Shown in pieces: positions 1-9,059 of a stretch of 45,693 nt of DNA. A program made the translations under genes and the position numbers. The DNA is from a virus (lineage: Duplodnaviria > Heunggongvirae > Uroviricota > Caudoviricetes). The DNA is taken from IMG/VR virus record IMGVR_UViG_2711768011_000016; one strand, given 5' to 3'. The notes below the pieces were generated by a model, which did no database searches, was not told the DNA's origin, and saw only the letters and a list, made by a program, of their open reading frames with translations. Position 1 is the first letter of the stretch. The number at the start of each line of letters is the position of its first letter.

Positions 1-573
1 ATGTTTTGCGAAGAAAAAGTAGCTCAAATGGCTGCATACCTACTTCTTAAGCGAGGTGGGCGCATGGCATATCTGAAATTGATGAAGCTGCTCTATCTGT
101 CTAACCGCAAGTCGATTTTGAAGCATGGCAGGATGATCGGCGAAGATAGCCTTTACTCTATGAAATTTGGTCCAGTCATGTCGAATACGCTGAACTTGAT
201 TCGTGGTAAGGCTGAAGGTATTGGTGACTACTGGTACAACCTGATAGAGACGAACGGGCATGATGTGTTGTTGCGTTCAGATCCGAGGGAAATGGATGCA
301 GACGAGGTCTTTGATGAGTTGAGCCGTGCAGATATCCGGATTTTAGATGAAATCTATTCTCTGTATGGGCATATGAACCGATTTGATCTCGCAAACATGA
401 CGCATTTAGAAAGCGTTTGTCCAGAGTGGCACAATCCTGGCAATTCTCGTAAGCCTATAGACCTGAAAGAAATGCTGATCAGTGAGGGTAAAAGCGAGGA
501 TGAGGCTAATCGTATAATTGGCAAAATGGAAGAATCTCAGAAACTTAAGGAATTTTCTTTGCAATTATCATGA
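1..573 (+). CDS. Panacea (DUF4065)-like phage-associated protein, putative antitoxin; may be 5'-partial since the ORF starts at base 1
   Basis: 190-aa ORF with the KLMKLLYL ... KFGPV signature I associate with DUF4065/Panacea proteins; stop overlaps the start of the next ORF. Confidence 0.5.
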   Translation: MFCEEKVAQMAAYLLLKRGGRMAYLKLMKLLYLSNRKSILKHGRMIGEDSLYSMKFGPVMSNTLNLIRGKAEGIGDYWYNLIETNGHDVLLRSDPREMDADEVFDELSRADIRILDEIYSLYGHMNRFDLANMTHLESVCPEWHNPGNSRKPIDLKEMLISEGKSEDEANRIIGKMEESQKLKEFSLQLS

Positions 574-989
574 CGGATTATCAGCCATACAGGAAAGGAA
601 CTGTGCTTGCCCCAACTGGGCCATGCAATCATCTTCATGTGATTTGTAATGATCCTGTTTATTACCCCGTTAACGATTGTTATTGTGTTTTAGTTGTTAA
701 TATTTCTAGTATCAAGGATGGTGTCCCCCACGATCCGTCTTGCGTCTTGAATTCTGGTGATCATCGCTTTATCAAGCATCCAAGTTATGTTGTTTACGCT
801 GAAGCTATAATTTGGCGAGTGGATAACATGGTTAGAAAGCAGCGATCGGGTGAGATTTCCGTTCATGATGATATGCCAGAAGCTACATTCAATAGAATTC
901 TGGACGGTTTTGATATATCTGATGAAGTTACGCCAAAGAACCTTAAATTTAAAAATAAATATTGCGTATCATCTATTGATGATGAGTAA
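570..989 (+). CDS. hypothetical protein, translationally coupled partner of the Panacea-like gene (candidate toxin)
   Basis: 139-aa ORF whose ATG overlaps the upstream stop (ATGA); no family recognised by eye. Confidence 0.4.
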   Translation: MTDYQPYRKGTVLAPTGPCNHLHVICNDPVYYPVNDCYCVLVVNISSIKDGVPHDPSCVLNSGDHRFIKHPSYVVYAEAIIWRVDNMVRKQRSGEISVHDDMPEATFNRILDGFDISDEVTPKNLKFKNKYCVSSIDDE

Positions 990-1028
990 ACAACAGGAAT
1001 TGTTTCGGTATAGCTTCTGGAGTTTTCT

Positions 1029-1202
1029 ATGGAAGATCAAAAAGCAACCAAGCCACAGGTTAAGTTCGACACAATGAAAGCATTCGCAGGTATGGGTGCT
1101 GCTGTTGAAGTTCTGATGAAGGCTGCTCCTAATGCGTTCACTCACGCTACTGTCTCTGGTAAAGAGCAGCAGGGTAAGCTTCGTCGTCGCAAAGCAGCAT
1201 GA
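1029..1202 (+). CDS. small hypothetical protein (57 aa)
   Basis: Short ORF below the track cutoff, GGAG about 7 nt upstream of the ATG, followed directly by a terminator. Confidence 0.3.
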   Translation: MEDQKATKPQVKFDTMKAFAGMGAAVEVLMKAAPNAFTHATVSGKEQQGKLRRRKAA

Positions 1203-1221
1203 TCATAGCTGGTGCTTTTTG

Positions 1222-1250
1222 AAAACCCGCCTTTAGGCGGGTTTTTTCTT
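1222..1250. terminator. bidirectional rho-independent terminator between convergent genes
   Basis: GC-rich hairpin aacccgcc-ttta-ggcgggtt with an A run upstream and a T run downstream. Confidence 0.6.
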
Positions 1251-1531
1251 TAGTGATGTTCTTTGCCCTTCTGTTTGCCTGTTCTGACCTGTTCCCACTC
1301 GATACGTCCTTCTTCTCGTCTTTTGTCTATGTATTCCGCAAGATCCTGAATATTGATGCAACGTTTTGCTTTTTGTGATGTACCGATGCGATATGTAGGT
1401 ACAGGCAACTTACAAGCGTTTGCTTTTGCTTCTGCTGTGGCTGGACTCATACCAAAGTATTTTTGACTAACTGCTGAGAGTTCAATGTTTGGGGTATTGA
1501 ATTCAGCCATCAGTAAAAACAAGGTATTCAT
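1250..1531 (-). CDS. PrtN-like / excisionase-like small DNA-binding protein
   Basis: 93-aa ORF with GGAG RBS; KLPVPTYRIGTSQKAKRCINIQDLAEYIDKRR resembles the pyocin-activator PrtN family. Confidence 0.45.
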   Translation of the reverse strand: MNTLFLLMAEFNTPNIELSAVSQKYFGMSPATAEAKANACKLPVPTYRIGTSQKAKRCINIQDLAEYIDKRREEGRIEWEQVRTGKQKGKEHH

Positions 1532-1567
1532 ATCATTTCTCCATCATAACCGGCTGCACCCGGTGAG

Positions 1568-2383
1568 TTACTTATTCATTTCAATAATATTATTTTCTAT
1601 CATTGATTTATTTAAAACCAAAGAAGGAGCAAGATGGTTGTCTATTTTAAACAATGCATAACTTTTAAACTGTTGGTGATATCCGTAACTAATAAGGATG
1701 CTAGAAAAATCTCTTAATTCATCTTCTTTTAAAAAATTAAAATGAAATGGGTTGTCACCATTTATGAACAATGAAACATCTATTATGCAGTATTTCTCTC
1801 CGTTGTCATTTGCATAGAAAAAAATATAAGACATTCTGTTTGTTAAGACAATGCCATTAAATTTTCTTATGTCTGTAGCTATTTTGTTTTCCATGTTTGG
1901 TGCTACATATTTATTTTCAGAAATACATTTAATTTCATCTCCAGATGTCGTGATTATATAAAAATGAAACTTATCAGAAATATCTAACTTAACTACGCCA
2001 TCATTATTGTAAAGGCTGCTAAATTTTGGTGGTTCAACTTTTAAAGAATCATAGTTCTTTAAAAGAAGAGGGGAGTCAAATTTAATAACTTGTAGTATCC
2101 CTTTACCTTCAACCTCCATATTGATTGAAGATATAGCAATTGCATTATCTCTTTTATTATTCAGGATTATGGTTGATATATGCATGTCATATATTCTACT
2201 TGCATTTGCTGAATACGACACTGTCACCTTTTTTGATATTTTTTGCACGCCAAAATATATAGTGAAGGCAGCGGCAAGAATAGATAAGAATTTAATGTCA
2301 AATAAGGACCATAGCCACATTAGTTGCTCAATTGCTTCAGAGTTAATCATTTGCTTTACCATTATCGCTGTAATACAACACAT
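1568..2383 (-). CDS. AT-rich membrane-anchored hypothetical protein (early-left moron)
   Basis: Long ORF in visibly AT-rich DNA with an N-terminal hydrophobic helix (WLWSLFDIKFLSILAAAFTIYFGV); start uncertain (first ATG 2383, TTG at 2401). Confidence 0.5.
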   Translation of the reverse strand: MCCITAIMVKQMINSEAIEQLMWLWSLFDIKFLSILAAAFTIYFGVQKISKKVTVSYSANASRIYDMHISTIILNNKRDNAIAISSINMEVEGKGILQVIKFDSPLLLKNYDSLKVEPPKFSSLYNNDGVVKLDISDKFHFYIITTSGDEIKCISENKYVAPNMENKIATDIRKFNGIVLTNRMSYIFFYANDNGEKYCIIDVSLFINGDNPFHFNFLKEDELRDFSSILISYGYHQQFKSYALFKIDNHLAPSLVLNKSMIENNIIEMNK

Positions 2384-2538
2384 GTGTGTATATATACGCA
2401 ATGCAATTATTTTGCAAGTGCTTCATTTACTATCAATAGCTACGTCACGTTATTGTTTAATGGTTCTTTATAGGGGCGGCAATAGTTAAAATTATCGCTT
2501 CCGTAAATGCCCCCGCAGGGGCATTTGCAGTAATGAAA

Positions 2539-3363
2539 TCAGGCGGTGAAAGTACCAATAAAGGTTTCTACTTTGCTGTCTTTGAATTTCTCAACAAGCA
2601 GATCACGAAATTCGTTAGCCATTTCTTCCTGTACCGCTTCCAGCTGAATAATGCGCAGAACCAGTACAGGACGATCGCCAGTGATAATGCTGAGGCGTAA
2701 TTTAAACGGACGTTCTTTCAGACCTTCAAACGGAACGCATTTAAATTCAAATGCCACTGGCATAATGTCTTTGGTCTTCGCTTCGACAGACTCCATCAGG
2801 GAGCGTTTGCCGCTGAAGTCATTATCTTCAAAATCAGCGGTCTGGTTCGCTTCAATTGTGATTTTACGGATCGCCGCAGCCGCTTTGGTTGCCTGAATGG
2901 CGTCACCATTAGCATCAAAGCCCACAAGGTAGTCGGCCCAGTCTTCAATCCATTCTGCCAGTGACTTCTGGGAGTTACGCTCGCCATTAACAGACAACAG
3001 AGCAGAGAACGGAGCTGTCTTTTTCAGTTTGAGAGTGGCGGTGTTATCTGCGTGACCTGGTTCATCAATAGTACCCAGGTTAAGAACACTGACGGCACGC
3101 ATATTATCAGCATCGATAAAGCAGCGGGTGCCTTCATCTGCAAGATCTTTAGAATAACGAGTAAAGTCATCGATGCTGGCAGTGGAAAGCGCACCACGGA
3201 AACGGAAACGATTTAAATTTAATTTTTCCAGATCATGAATGCGGAAATTCTCAGGCAATGCCACAGCATCGGCACCAATCTTACTGATAATTTCATTAAC
3301 ACCCTGAGCAGAAATAAGGGCATGGATTTGATTAATTGCGGTTGCGTCTAAGTTCTGAGACAT
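2539..3363 (-). CDS. yfdQ: YfdQ-like prophage protein (DUF2303 family)
   Basis: 274-aa ORF with GAGGA RBS; sequence and length match my recollection of CPS-53 prophage YfdQ. Confidence 0.6.
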   Translation of the reverse strand: MSQNLDATAINQIHALISAQGVNEIISKIGADAVALPENFRIHDLEKLNLNRFRFRGALSTASIDDFTRYSKDLADEGTRCFIDADNMRAVSVLNLGTIDEPGHADNTATLKLKKTAPFSALLSVNGERNSQKSLAEWIEDWADYLVGFDANGDAIQATKAAAAIRKITIEANQTADFEDNDFSGKRSLMESVEAKTKDIMPVAFEFKCVPFEGLKERPFKLRLSIITGDRPVLVLRIIQLEAVQEEMANEFRDLLVEKFKDSKVETFIGTFTA

Positions 3364-3428
3364 AATAAGTCCTCACTATATAAAGATATTCAGTGATGAG
3401 ATAAATAATCGGTTAATTAAGAACGATA

Positions 3429-3791
3429 TTAATGACCTGCTGCGCGGAGTTTTCCGTCAGGTTCACCGGCAAGAGTCAGTAATTGTCCCTGGTCTTCCTG
3501 CAGAATAGTCAGGCGACCACCGCGATTGACATACATCGGCGTTTCGGTGGTGTCTTCTTCGGAAATTTTCCCGCGGTTAGTCGGGCGAACATATGAGAGT
3601 TTGTGTTTGATTTTCACACGGTTCTCATCAAATGGTTCGATTTCCAGGTTGAGTGAGACCTTACCTTTGGTTTTCGTGTTCATCACACCGGAAGCGACTT
3701 CACTGAGAACTGCGCCGATTTTGGTTTCAAATACGCCGCCGTCCAGCTCCCCAATAAATGCCTGCACATCAGTACTGCGTTCGCTAGCCAT
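3429..3791 (-). CDS. yfdP: YfdP-like prophage protein
   Basis: Internal ATG at 3791 preceded by AGGAGC gives 121 aa (MASERSTDVQAF...); the longer upstream extension translates to Cys/Arg/Trp-rich sequence and overlaps hairpins. Confidence 0.5.
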   Translation of the reverse strand: MASERSTDVQAFIGELDGGVFETKIGAVLSEVASGVMNTKTKGKVSLNLEIEPFDENRVKIKHKLSYVRPTNRGKISEEDTTETPMYVNRGGRLTILQEDQGQLLTLAGEPDGKLRAAGH

Positions 3792-4440
3792 TTTGCTGCT
3801 CCTAATCATATCGACCCTGCAAGGTCGGTTGGTTTCTCCACAAAACAGAGAAGAACACCTGCGGTGGCAGCCGCCCGGATGGATTTGGTTATGAGCCCGT
3901 CGTCCGGTGATGCTCTTCTCTGTTTTGTAAAAAGAGCGGTACCAGCCGGAAGCAAGTGTACAAACTGGTACCGCCAAAGCAGTGGCTGTTGTGGTGACCG
4001 GTGCTGATCTCCGGCTTGCGGTTATTTCAGACTCTCACGGGCGTTTAATTGCCCCGCCGAACAGCTCTTTTCCGCATTAGCTGCAATGTCTTTCGCGCAT
4101 CAGCCTGCGCATTCACCACAACGCTGAGAGCACTTAGCCAGTTACGGCACCACACTTTGTCGCGGTTCCATAAATGTCCTCATCGTTGCACCCTGGTCTC
4201 TTCCCAGGCGTCAAACCGAATCGCCACGCTGGTTAGGCGTCTTATCAGCATCATCATTGACTTGCACATTCCGGCTACCTGGTTTGTTTGCCCGAGCAAG
4301 GAGTGGATTGTCCCCTTTAACGTCCCCAGACCGCTAACGACGCATGTGCCATACGCCGTGTTACAACCAAATTTTGTTTAATCTTGCCTGTGCTGTGTTT
4401 CTTTTAGATACATTATGTATCCCAAAGGTACATTGTCAAG

Positions 4441-4468
4441 TATAAAAAAACCTGCCGAAGCAGGTTAT
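4441..4468 (-). terminator. rho-independent terminator downstream of cI
   Basis: On the minus strand acctgc-ttcg-gcaggt followed by a T run, just after the cI stop. Confidence 0.5.
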
Positions 4469-4477
4469 AAATATTGA

Positions 4478-5152
4478 TTAGGCCTTTATTATGTATCTTC
4501 TTGGTTTTCCTGAGAAAATCACTGTACCAATTATAGAGCAATTACCGTTAATCTTAATGTAAGGCTCAGGCCAGTTTGGGTTTAATGCTTTGAGATAACG
4601 CTGTGTTCCATCTTCTATCAACCGCTTGAAGGTGGTTTCGCCTGTATCGTGCATCAATGCAATAACGTCGTCACCGTGGCAGGCAGGGACTTCAGGATCA
4701 ACAAAAATCATGTCTCCCGGGCGGTACTCATCAATCATTGAATCACCAATCACCCGCAAGATATAAGTCATTTCGCCACAGGGTACAGGGCAGGGATAAG
4801 TTTCTGCTGTGCTCAAATCAACCTCAGAATAGCCAACTTCTTTCCATGCTCCGGCCTGTACCCATGATATGACAGGGACTAACGTTATTTGTTTGTTAGT
4901 GATTGAAACGTCAGGTTTTTTTGTGATGTTCGTTGTCTGGTGTTCTTGATCAAGCCATCCGACAGGCAGGTCGAAACATTTTTCGATGTGCCGTGCCATG
5001 CTGTCACCGATATTTTTAGTTGCACCATCTCCCATAAACCTGCTGGTCTGGGTTGGCTCGCGATCAATCATGGTGGCAAAGGAAGAATTCCCGCCAACAC
5101 CATCTCTCAGTTTTCTGGCGTTAGACCGCCGGATGTCATGGACTGTTTTCAT
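4478..5152 (-). CDS. cI: CI-like repressor (HTH plus LexA-type S24 peptidase domain)
   Basis: 224 aa; C-terminal domain has the GDSM serine motif and TFKRL lysine typical of S24 autopeptidases; divergent to a cro-like gene. Confidence 0.8.
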   Translation of the reverse strand: MKTVHDIRRSNARKLRDGVGGNSSFATMIDREPTQTSRFMGDGATKNIGDSMARHIEKCFDLPVGWLDQEHQTTNITKKPDVSITNKQITLVPVISWVQAGAWKEVGYSEVDLSTAETYPCPVPCGEMTYILRVIGDSMIDEYRPGDMIFVDPEVPACHGDDVIALMHDTGETTFKRLIEDGTQRYLKALNPNWPEPYIKINGNCSIIGTVIFSGKPRRYIIKA

Positions 5153-5168
5153 AAAGAAATTAAAACCT

Positions 5169-5239
5169 TTGTACCGATAAGGTACAAGTATCTTGAAGGT
5201 TCATCTCAATCATGTAATATGTATACCGGAGGTACATAT
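5169..5239. promoter_or_regulatory. cI-cro operator/promoter region
   Basis: Perfect palindrome TTGTACCGATAAGGTACAA (5169-5187) and a related GGTAC-core dyad at about 5219-5239; TTGAAG-16nt-TAATAT promoter-like element facing cro. Confidence 0.5.
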
Positions 5240-5242
5240 TGT

Positions 5243-5443
5243 ATGAAAGCGTATTGGGACTCTTTAACCAAAGAACAGCAGGGTGAGTTGGCCGGAAAAG
5301 TTGGCTCAACACCAGGCTACTTACGGCTGGTTTTCAATGGTTATAAAAAAGCCAGTTTTGTGCTGGCTAAAAAACTTGAGCAATGCACGTCAGGTGCAAT
5401 TACGAAATCTGACTTAAGACCGGATATCTATCCGAAAGATTAA
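5243..5443 (+). CDS. cro: Cro-like repressor
   Basis: 66-aa ORF with GGAGG RBS, divergent from cI across the operator region. Confidence 0.6.
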   Translation: MKAYWDSLTKEQQGELAGKVGSTPGYLRLVFNGYKKASFVLAKKLEQCTSGAITKSDLRPDIYPKD

Positions 5444-5474
5444 CAGAACACCTTCAATTTTTAACCACAGAACG

Positions 5475-6038
5475 ATGAGGCTAACCGTGGGTAAGCATCA
5501 CTGGAAAGTAGAAAAACAGCCTGAGTGGTACGTGAAAGCTGTCAGAAAAACTATCGCGGCGTTGCCGGGGGGTTACGCTGAAGCTGCTGAGTGGCTGGAT
5601 GTAACAGAGAACGCTTTATTCAACCGCCTTCGTGCAGATGGCGATCAGATTTTCCCGCTGGGATGGGCAATGATTTTACAGCGCGCGGCTGGCACTCACT
5701 ACATTGCGGATGCTGTCGCACAGTCTGCTGGTGGGGTGTTTGTATCGCTTCCTGAAATTGAGGAAGTAGAGAACGCCGATATAAACCAGCGCCTGCTGGA
5801 AGTCATCGAACAGATCGGGAGTTACTCAAAGCAGATTCGTTCGGCAATCGAAGATGGGGTAGTGGAGCCACACGAGCAGACAGCAATTAATGATGAGTTG
5901 TATCTGTCAATTTCGAAGCTCCAGGAGCATGCAGCACTGGTCTACAAAATCTTTTGCGCTCCAGAAAAGAGTGACGCCCGCGAGTGTGCAGCTCCGGGCG
6001 TCGTGGCGTTTTGTGTCTGTGGAGAAACTAACGCATGA
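5475..6038 (+). CDS. CII-like / YdaT-family regulatory protein
   Basis: 187-aa ORF immediately after cro; position and composition fit CII/YdaT-like proteins. Confidence 0.4.
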   Translation: MRLTVGKHHWKVEKQPEWYVKAVRKTIAALPGGYAEAAEWLDVTENALFNRLRADGDQIFPLGWAMILQRAAGTHYIADAVAQSAGGVFVSLPEIEEVENADINQRLLEVIEQIGSYSKQIRSAIEDGVVEPHEQTAINDELYLSISKLQEHAALVYKIFCAPEKSDARECAAPGVVAFCVCGETNA

Positions 6039-6871
6039 ACAGTTTAACGGCAAATAACCGTTTGTCGCAACAGCTGGTGGTCAGCGTCGCTGAACACCTG
6101 TTGTTACGGCATGAATGCAGATTACCAAATCACCTGGCTGTAAGTAACCACAGAGAACTTTACCTGACTGTGGGGGGCGAGTTGTGCAGGAACTTAACCG
6201 CTGGTTTCGTGACGGAAGAGGACTTTATGTTCATGTTATTCGTTGGGAGCCAGAAACACAGCGCGTTATCTATCTTCGCAAAGACTACCCGCATGAGTGC
6301 TTTAGTCCTTTGTGGAAATTCAGGCGTGATTTTGTTGAGTGTGAAGGACCACCAGCACATTGATTCTGCCATTCCGGGACGTTACACTGTTCAGGCACCT
6401 TATAAAGCGGGTGCCGGGATTGGCGTCCTGGAATTGATCAAGGCGATATATGACGCGCCAGCGTCTTTTTTATCGTCCGCATTTGCTCACATCAAAGTTA
6501 TGGTGGGCTGGGCGGGGGCATCGAAAGATGCGCCGGTTTCCTTGATCACCGGTTACGCCAACCCCGTTCAGTTCACCACCAGCGAAATTGGCGTTTCCGG
6601 TGGTGGAAGTATTTCACCGATCAAGGAGGCTGCCATCATGGCTACTGTCCCAGCCCTCACTCGTCTGAATGATGAAGACTTACATAAACTCAGTTATGTA
6701 ACAACTGCACTACGTGCTCTGCGCAAGGTAACTCTTTCGGATCCGCAGGCACATCAGGTTCTGGTAGAAACCCTTCTTAACTTGCAAGCTGAACGTATTC
6801 GTCTGGCGGATAAGGCTAATTTTCATATTCACCGTCTCCTGAATATCAGCGGAGGGCATCGTCATGCTTAA
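6035..6871 (+). CDS. hypothetical protein (gene model uncertain)
   Basis: Long open frame, but a protein-like 59-codon frame (GTG 6184-6363, GGGGGG RBS) overlaps it and a strong AAGGAGG RBS precedes an internal ATG at 6638. Confidence 0.35.
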   Translation: MNSLTANNRLSQQLVVSVAEHLLLRHECRLPNHLAVSNHRELYLTVGGELCRNLTAGFVTEEDFMFMLFVGSQKHSALSIFAKTTRMSALVLCGNSGVILLSVKDHQHIDSAIPGRYTVQAPYKAGAGIGVLELIKAIYDAPASFLSSAFAHIKVMVGWAGASKDAPVSLITGYANPVQFTTSEIGVSGGGSISPIKEAAIMATVPALTRLNDEDLHKLSYVTTALRALRKVTLSDPQAHQVLVETLLNLQAERIRLADKANFHIHRLLNISGGHRHA

Positions 6872-7100
6872 TCCGTTGATCCTCAATATTTGCCGTTTGC
6901 TTCAGCGTAAAAAAATATCAATTCCTACAGTTGGGCAGTGGTACACCACGCCTGCAGGGCATGTTCTACGTGTTAGCCTGGTTGACCGTGAATGCCAGAA
7001 GGTGATTTGTGAACCGCTGGGCCGTAATTACCGCGTCAGTATGCCGCTTATAGCCTTTCGCTCCGGAAAAAACATGAAGCATCTCGGAGGTGCAGCATGA
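6864..7100 (+). CDS. small hypothetical protein
   Basis: 78-aa ORF overlapping both neighbouring genes. Confidence 0.3.
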   Translation: MLNPLILNICRLLQRKKISIPTVGQWYTTPAGHVLRVSLVDRECQKVICEPLGRNYRVSMPLIAFRSGKNMKHLGGAA

Positions 7101-7915
7101 GTATGGAGCTGATGGTTAAAGCGATGAAAATTCGAGTGGGTAATCCATTGCGAAAACTGGTTCTGATCAAGCTGGCTGATAATGCCAGCGATCAGGGTGA
7201 GTGCTGGCCCAGCTACCAGCATATTGCTGACCAGTGCGAAATTAGCAAACGTTCTGTGATGAATCATATTGCGGCCCTTTGTGAGTCCGGGCTGGTAAAA
7301 AAAGTCACCCGGAAAGGTGAAAAAGGTAACTCAAGTAATATCTATCTCCTTCATCTGGATGGTGCAGGAGATTCACTAGGGGGTAGTGCAAATAATTCAC
7401 TATCTGGTGCAGCAAATTCACCAGGTAGTGCAGGAGTTGCACCAGGGGGTAGTGCAGGAGATTCACCCAGAACCAGTCACTCTTTTGAACCAGTCAAAGA
7501 ACCAGTCAATGAACCAATAGCTGTTGGTGCATCAGTTGATGAGTCCGTGCGAGTTCGTTCAAACCGACCGGAATACTCTCCGGAGTTTGAGCAGGCATGG
7601 CTGGCATATCCCAAACGTGCTGGTGGCAATTCAAAATCTGCAGCCTTCAAAGCCTGGAAAGCCCGTTTGAATGAGGGAGTAAACCCCGAAACCATGCTGG
7701 AAGGTGTGAAACGCTACGCGGGATGGGTATCTGCGATGGGTAACAGCGGCACACAATTTGTGAAACAGGCTGTCACGTTCTTTGGTCCGGATCGTCATTT
7801 CGAAGAATTCTGGGAAGTTCCTGCGGTATCTGCAGCCAGACGCGAGGACCCGTACTTCAAAGCCAGTTACGACAACGTGGACTACAGCCAGATCCCGGCA
7901 GGATTCAGGGGGTGA
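7097..7915 (+). CDS. replication initiator (lambda O-like, N-terminal winged-helix)
   Basis: 272 aa with GGAGG RBS; N-terminal HTH-like region and a Gly/Ser-rich linker encoded by iteron repeats, as in lambda O. Confidence 0.6.
   Translation: MSMELMVKAMKIRVGNPLRKLVLIKLADNASDQGECWPSYQHIADQCEISKRSVMNHIAALCESGLVKKVTRKGEKGNSSNIYLLHLDGAGDSLGGSANNSLSGAANSPGSAGVAPGGSAGDSPRTSHSFEPVKEPVNEPIAVGASVDESVRVRSNRPEYSPEFEQAWLAYPKRAGGNSKSAAFKAWKARLNEGVNPETMLEGVKRYAGWVSAMGNSGTQFVKQAVTFFGPDRHFEEFWEVPAVSAARREDPYFKASYDNVDYSQIPAGFRG
7360..7466. repeat. replication-origin iterons (5 direct repeats) inside the O-like gene
   Basis: 17-mers of the form TRGTGCA..A..TTCAC starting at 7360, 7384, 7405, 7426 and 7450 (21-24 bp period), followed by three GAACCAGTCA repeats. 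Confidence 0.7.
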
Positions 7916-7917
7916 TC

Positions 7918-8406
7918 ATGAGTCTTTTGAATGAAGTTCAGAAATTCATTGAAGCCCATCCGGGGTGTACTTCCGGAGACATTGCGGATGCTTTTGCAGG
8001 TTACTCACGGCAGCGCGTTCTGCAGTCAGCAAGCAAGTTACGTCAGAGTGGGCGTGTGGCTCACCGTTATGAAGGAGATACACGCAGACATTTCCCACGC
8101 CTGACTGAGAGAGCGCAGGAGCCGGAACCACAACCAGTTCGTGAAACCAGACCTGTGCGCAATTTCTATGTCGGCACTAACGATCCCCGGGTGATTTTGT
8201 GCCTGACCCGCCAGGCGGAAGAACTGGAGTCCAGGGGCTTATACCGTCGTGCTGCAACGGTGTGGATGGCGGCATTCCGTGAAAGCCACTCCCAGCCAGA
8301 ACGAAACAATTTTCTGGCGCGTCGTGAGCGGTGCTTACGGAAAAGCAGCAAGCGCGCTGCATCGGGTGAAGAGTGGTATCTGTCAGGGAATTACGTGGGG
8401 GCTTAA
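7918..8406 (+). CDS. PerC/ANR-like regulatory protein
   Basis: About 163 aa; LESRGLYRRAATVWMAA resembles the PerC-family motif. Confidence 0.4.
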   Translation: MSLLNEVQKFIEAHPGCTSGDIADAFAGYSRQRVLQSASKLRQSGRVAHRYEGDTRRHFPRLTERAQEPEPQPVRETRPVRNFYVGTNDPRVILCLTRQAEELESRGLYRRAATVWMAAFRESHSQPERNNFLARRERCLRKSSKRAASGEEWYLSGNYVGA

Positions 8407-9059
8407 TGAGTAATAAATATTGCCAGGCGCTGGTGGAGCTGCGGAACAAACCAGCCCATGAACTGAAGGAAGTGGGCGATCAGTGGCGCACGCCGGATAA
8501 CATTTTCTGGGGAATTAACACCCTGTTTGGCCCGTTTGTTCTGGATCTGTTCACTGATGGTGATAACGCCAAATGTGCCGCTTATTACACTGCGGAAGAC
8601 AACGCGCTGGCGCATGACTGGTCTGAACGTCTTGCGGAGCTTAAAGGTGCTGCCTTTGGTAATCCCCCGTACAGCCGCGCCAGTCAGCATGAAGGGCAAT
8701 ACATCACCGGCATGCGTTACATCATGAAACATGCCAGTGCCATGCGTGATAAGGGCGGACGCTATGTTTTCCTGATCAAAGCTGCCACCAGCGAAGTGTG
8801 GTGGCCGGAAGATGCAGATCATATTGCTTTTATTCGCGGGCGTATTGGTTTTGAACTGCCTGCCTGGTTTATCCCGAAGGACGAGAAGCAGGTGCCGACA
8901 GGCGCTTTCTTCGCTGGTGCTATTGCTGTTTTCGACAAGACCTGGAAGGGACCGGCAATCAGCTACATCGGGCGCGATGAACTTGAGGCATGTGGTGAGG
9001 CGTTTCTGGCGCAGGTTCGCCAGCAGGCGGAAAAACTGGTCAGGGAGATGGCGGCATGA
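8406..9059 (+). CDS. phage Dam-like DNA N6-adenine methyltransferase
   Basis: NPPY motif (AFGNPPYS) and overall resemblance to the phage Dam family; start overlaps the upstream stop (TAATG). Confidence 0.75.
   Translation: MSNKYCQALVELRNKPAHELKEVGDQWRTPDNIFWGINTLFGPFVLDLFTDGDNAKCAAYYTAEDNALAHDWSERLAELKGAAFGNPPYSRASQHEGQYITGMRYIMKHASAMRDKGGRYVFLIKAATSEVWWPEDADHIAFIRGRIGFELPAWFIPKDEKQVPTGAFFAGAIAVFDKTWKGPAISYIGRDELEACGEAFLAQVRQQAEKLVREMAA

Noticed and set aside
3792-3977. N-terminal extension of the yfdP-like ORF to 182 aa
   Set aside because: The extension is Cys/Arg/Trp-rich and coincides with strong inverted repeats; the internal ATG at 3791 has a good RBS.
7360-7520. Possible CRISPR array suggested by regularly spaced direct repeats
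   Set aside because: Repeats are 17 bp at 21-24 bp spacing with almost no spacers, lie inside a coding region and have no cas genes nearby; they are iterons. No CRISPR array was seen anywhere in the window.
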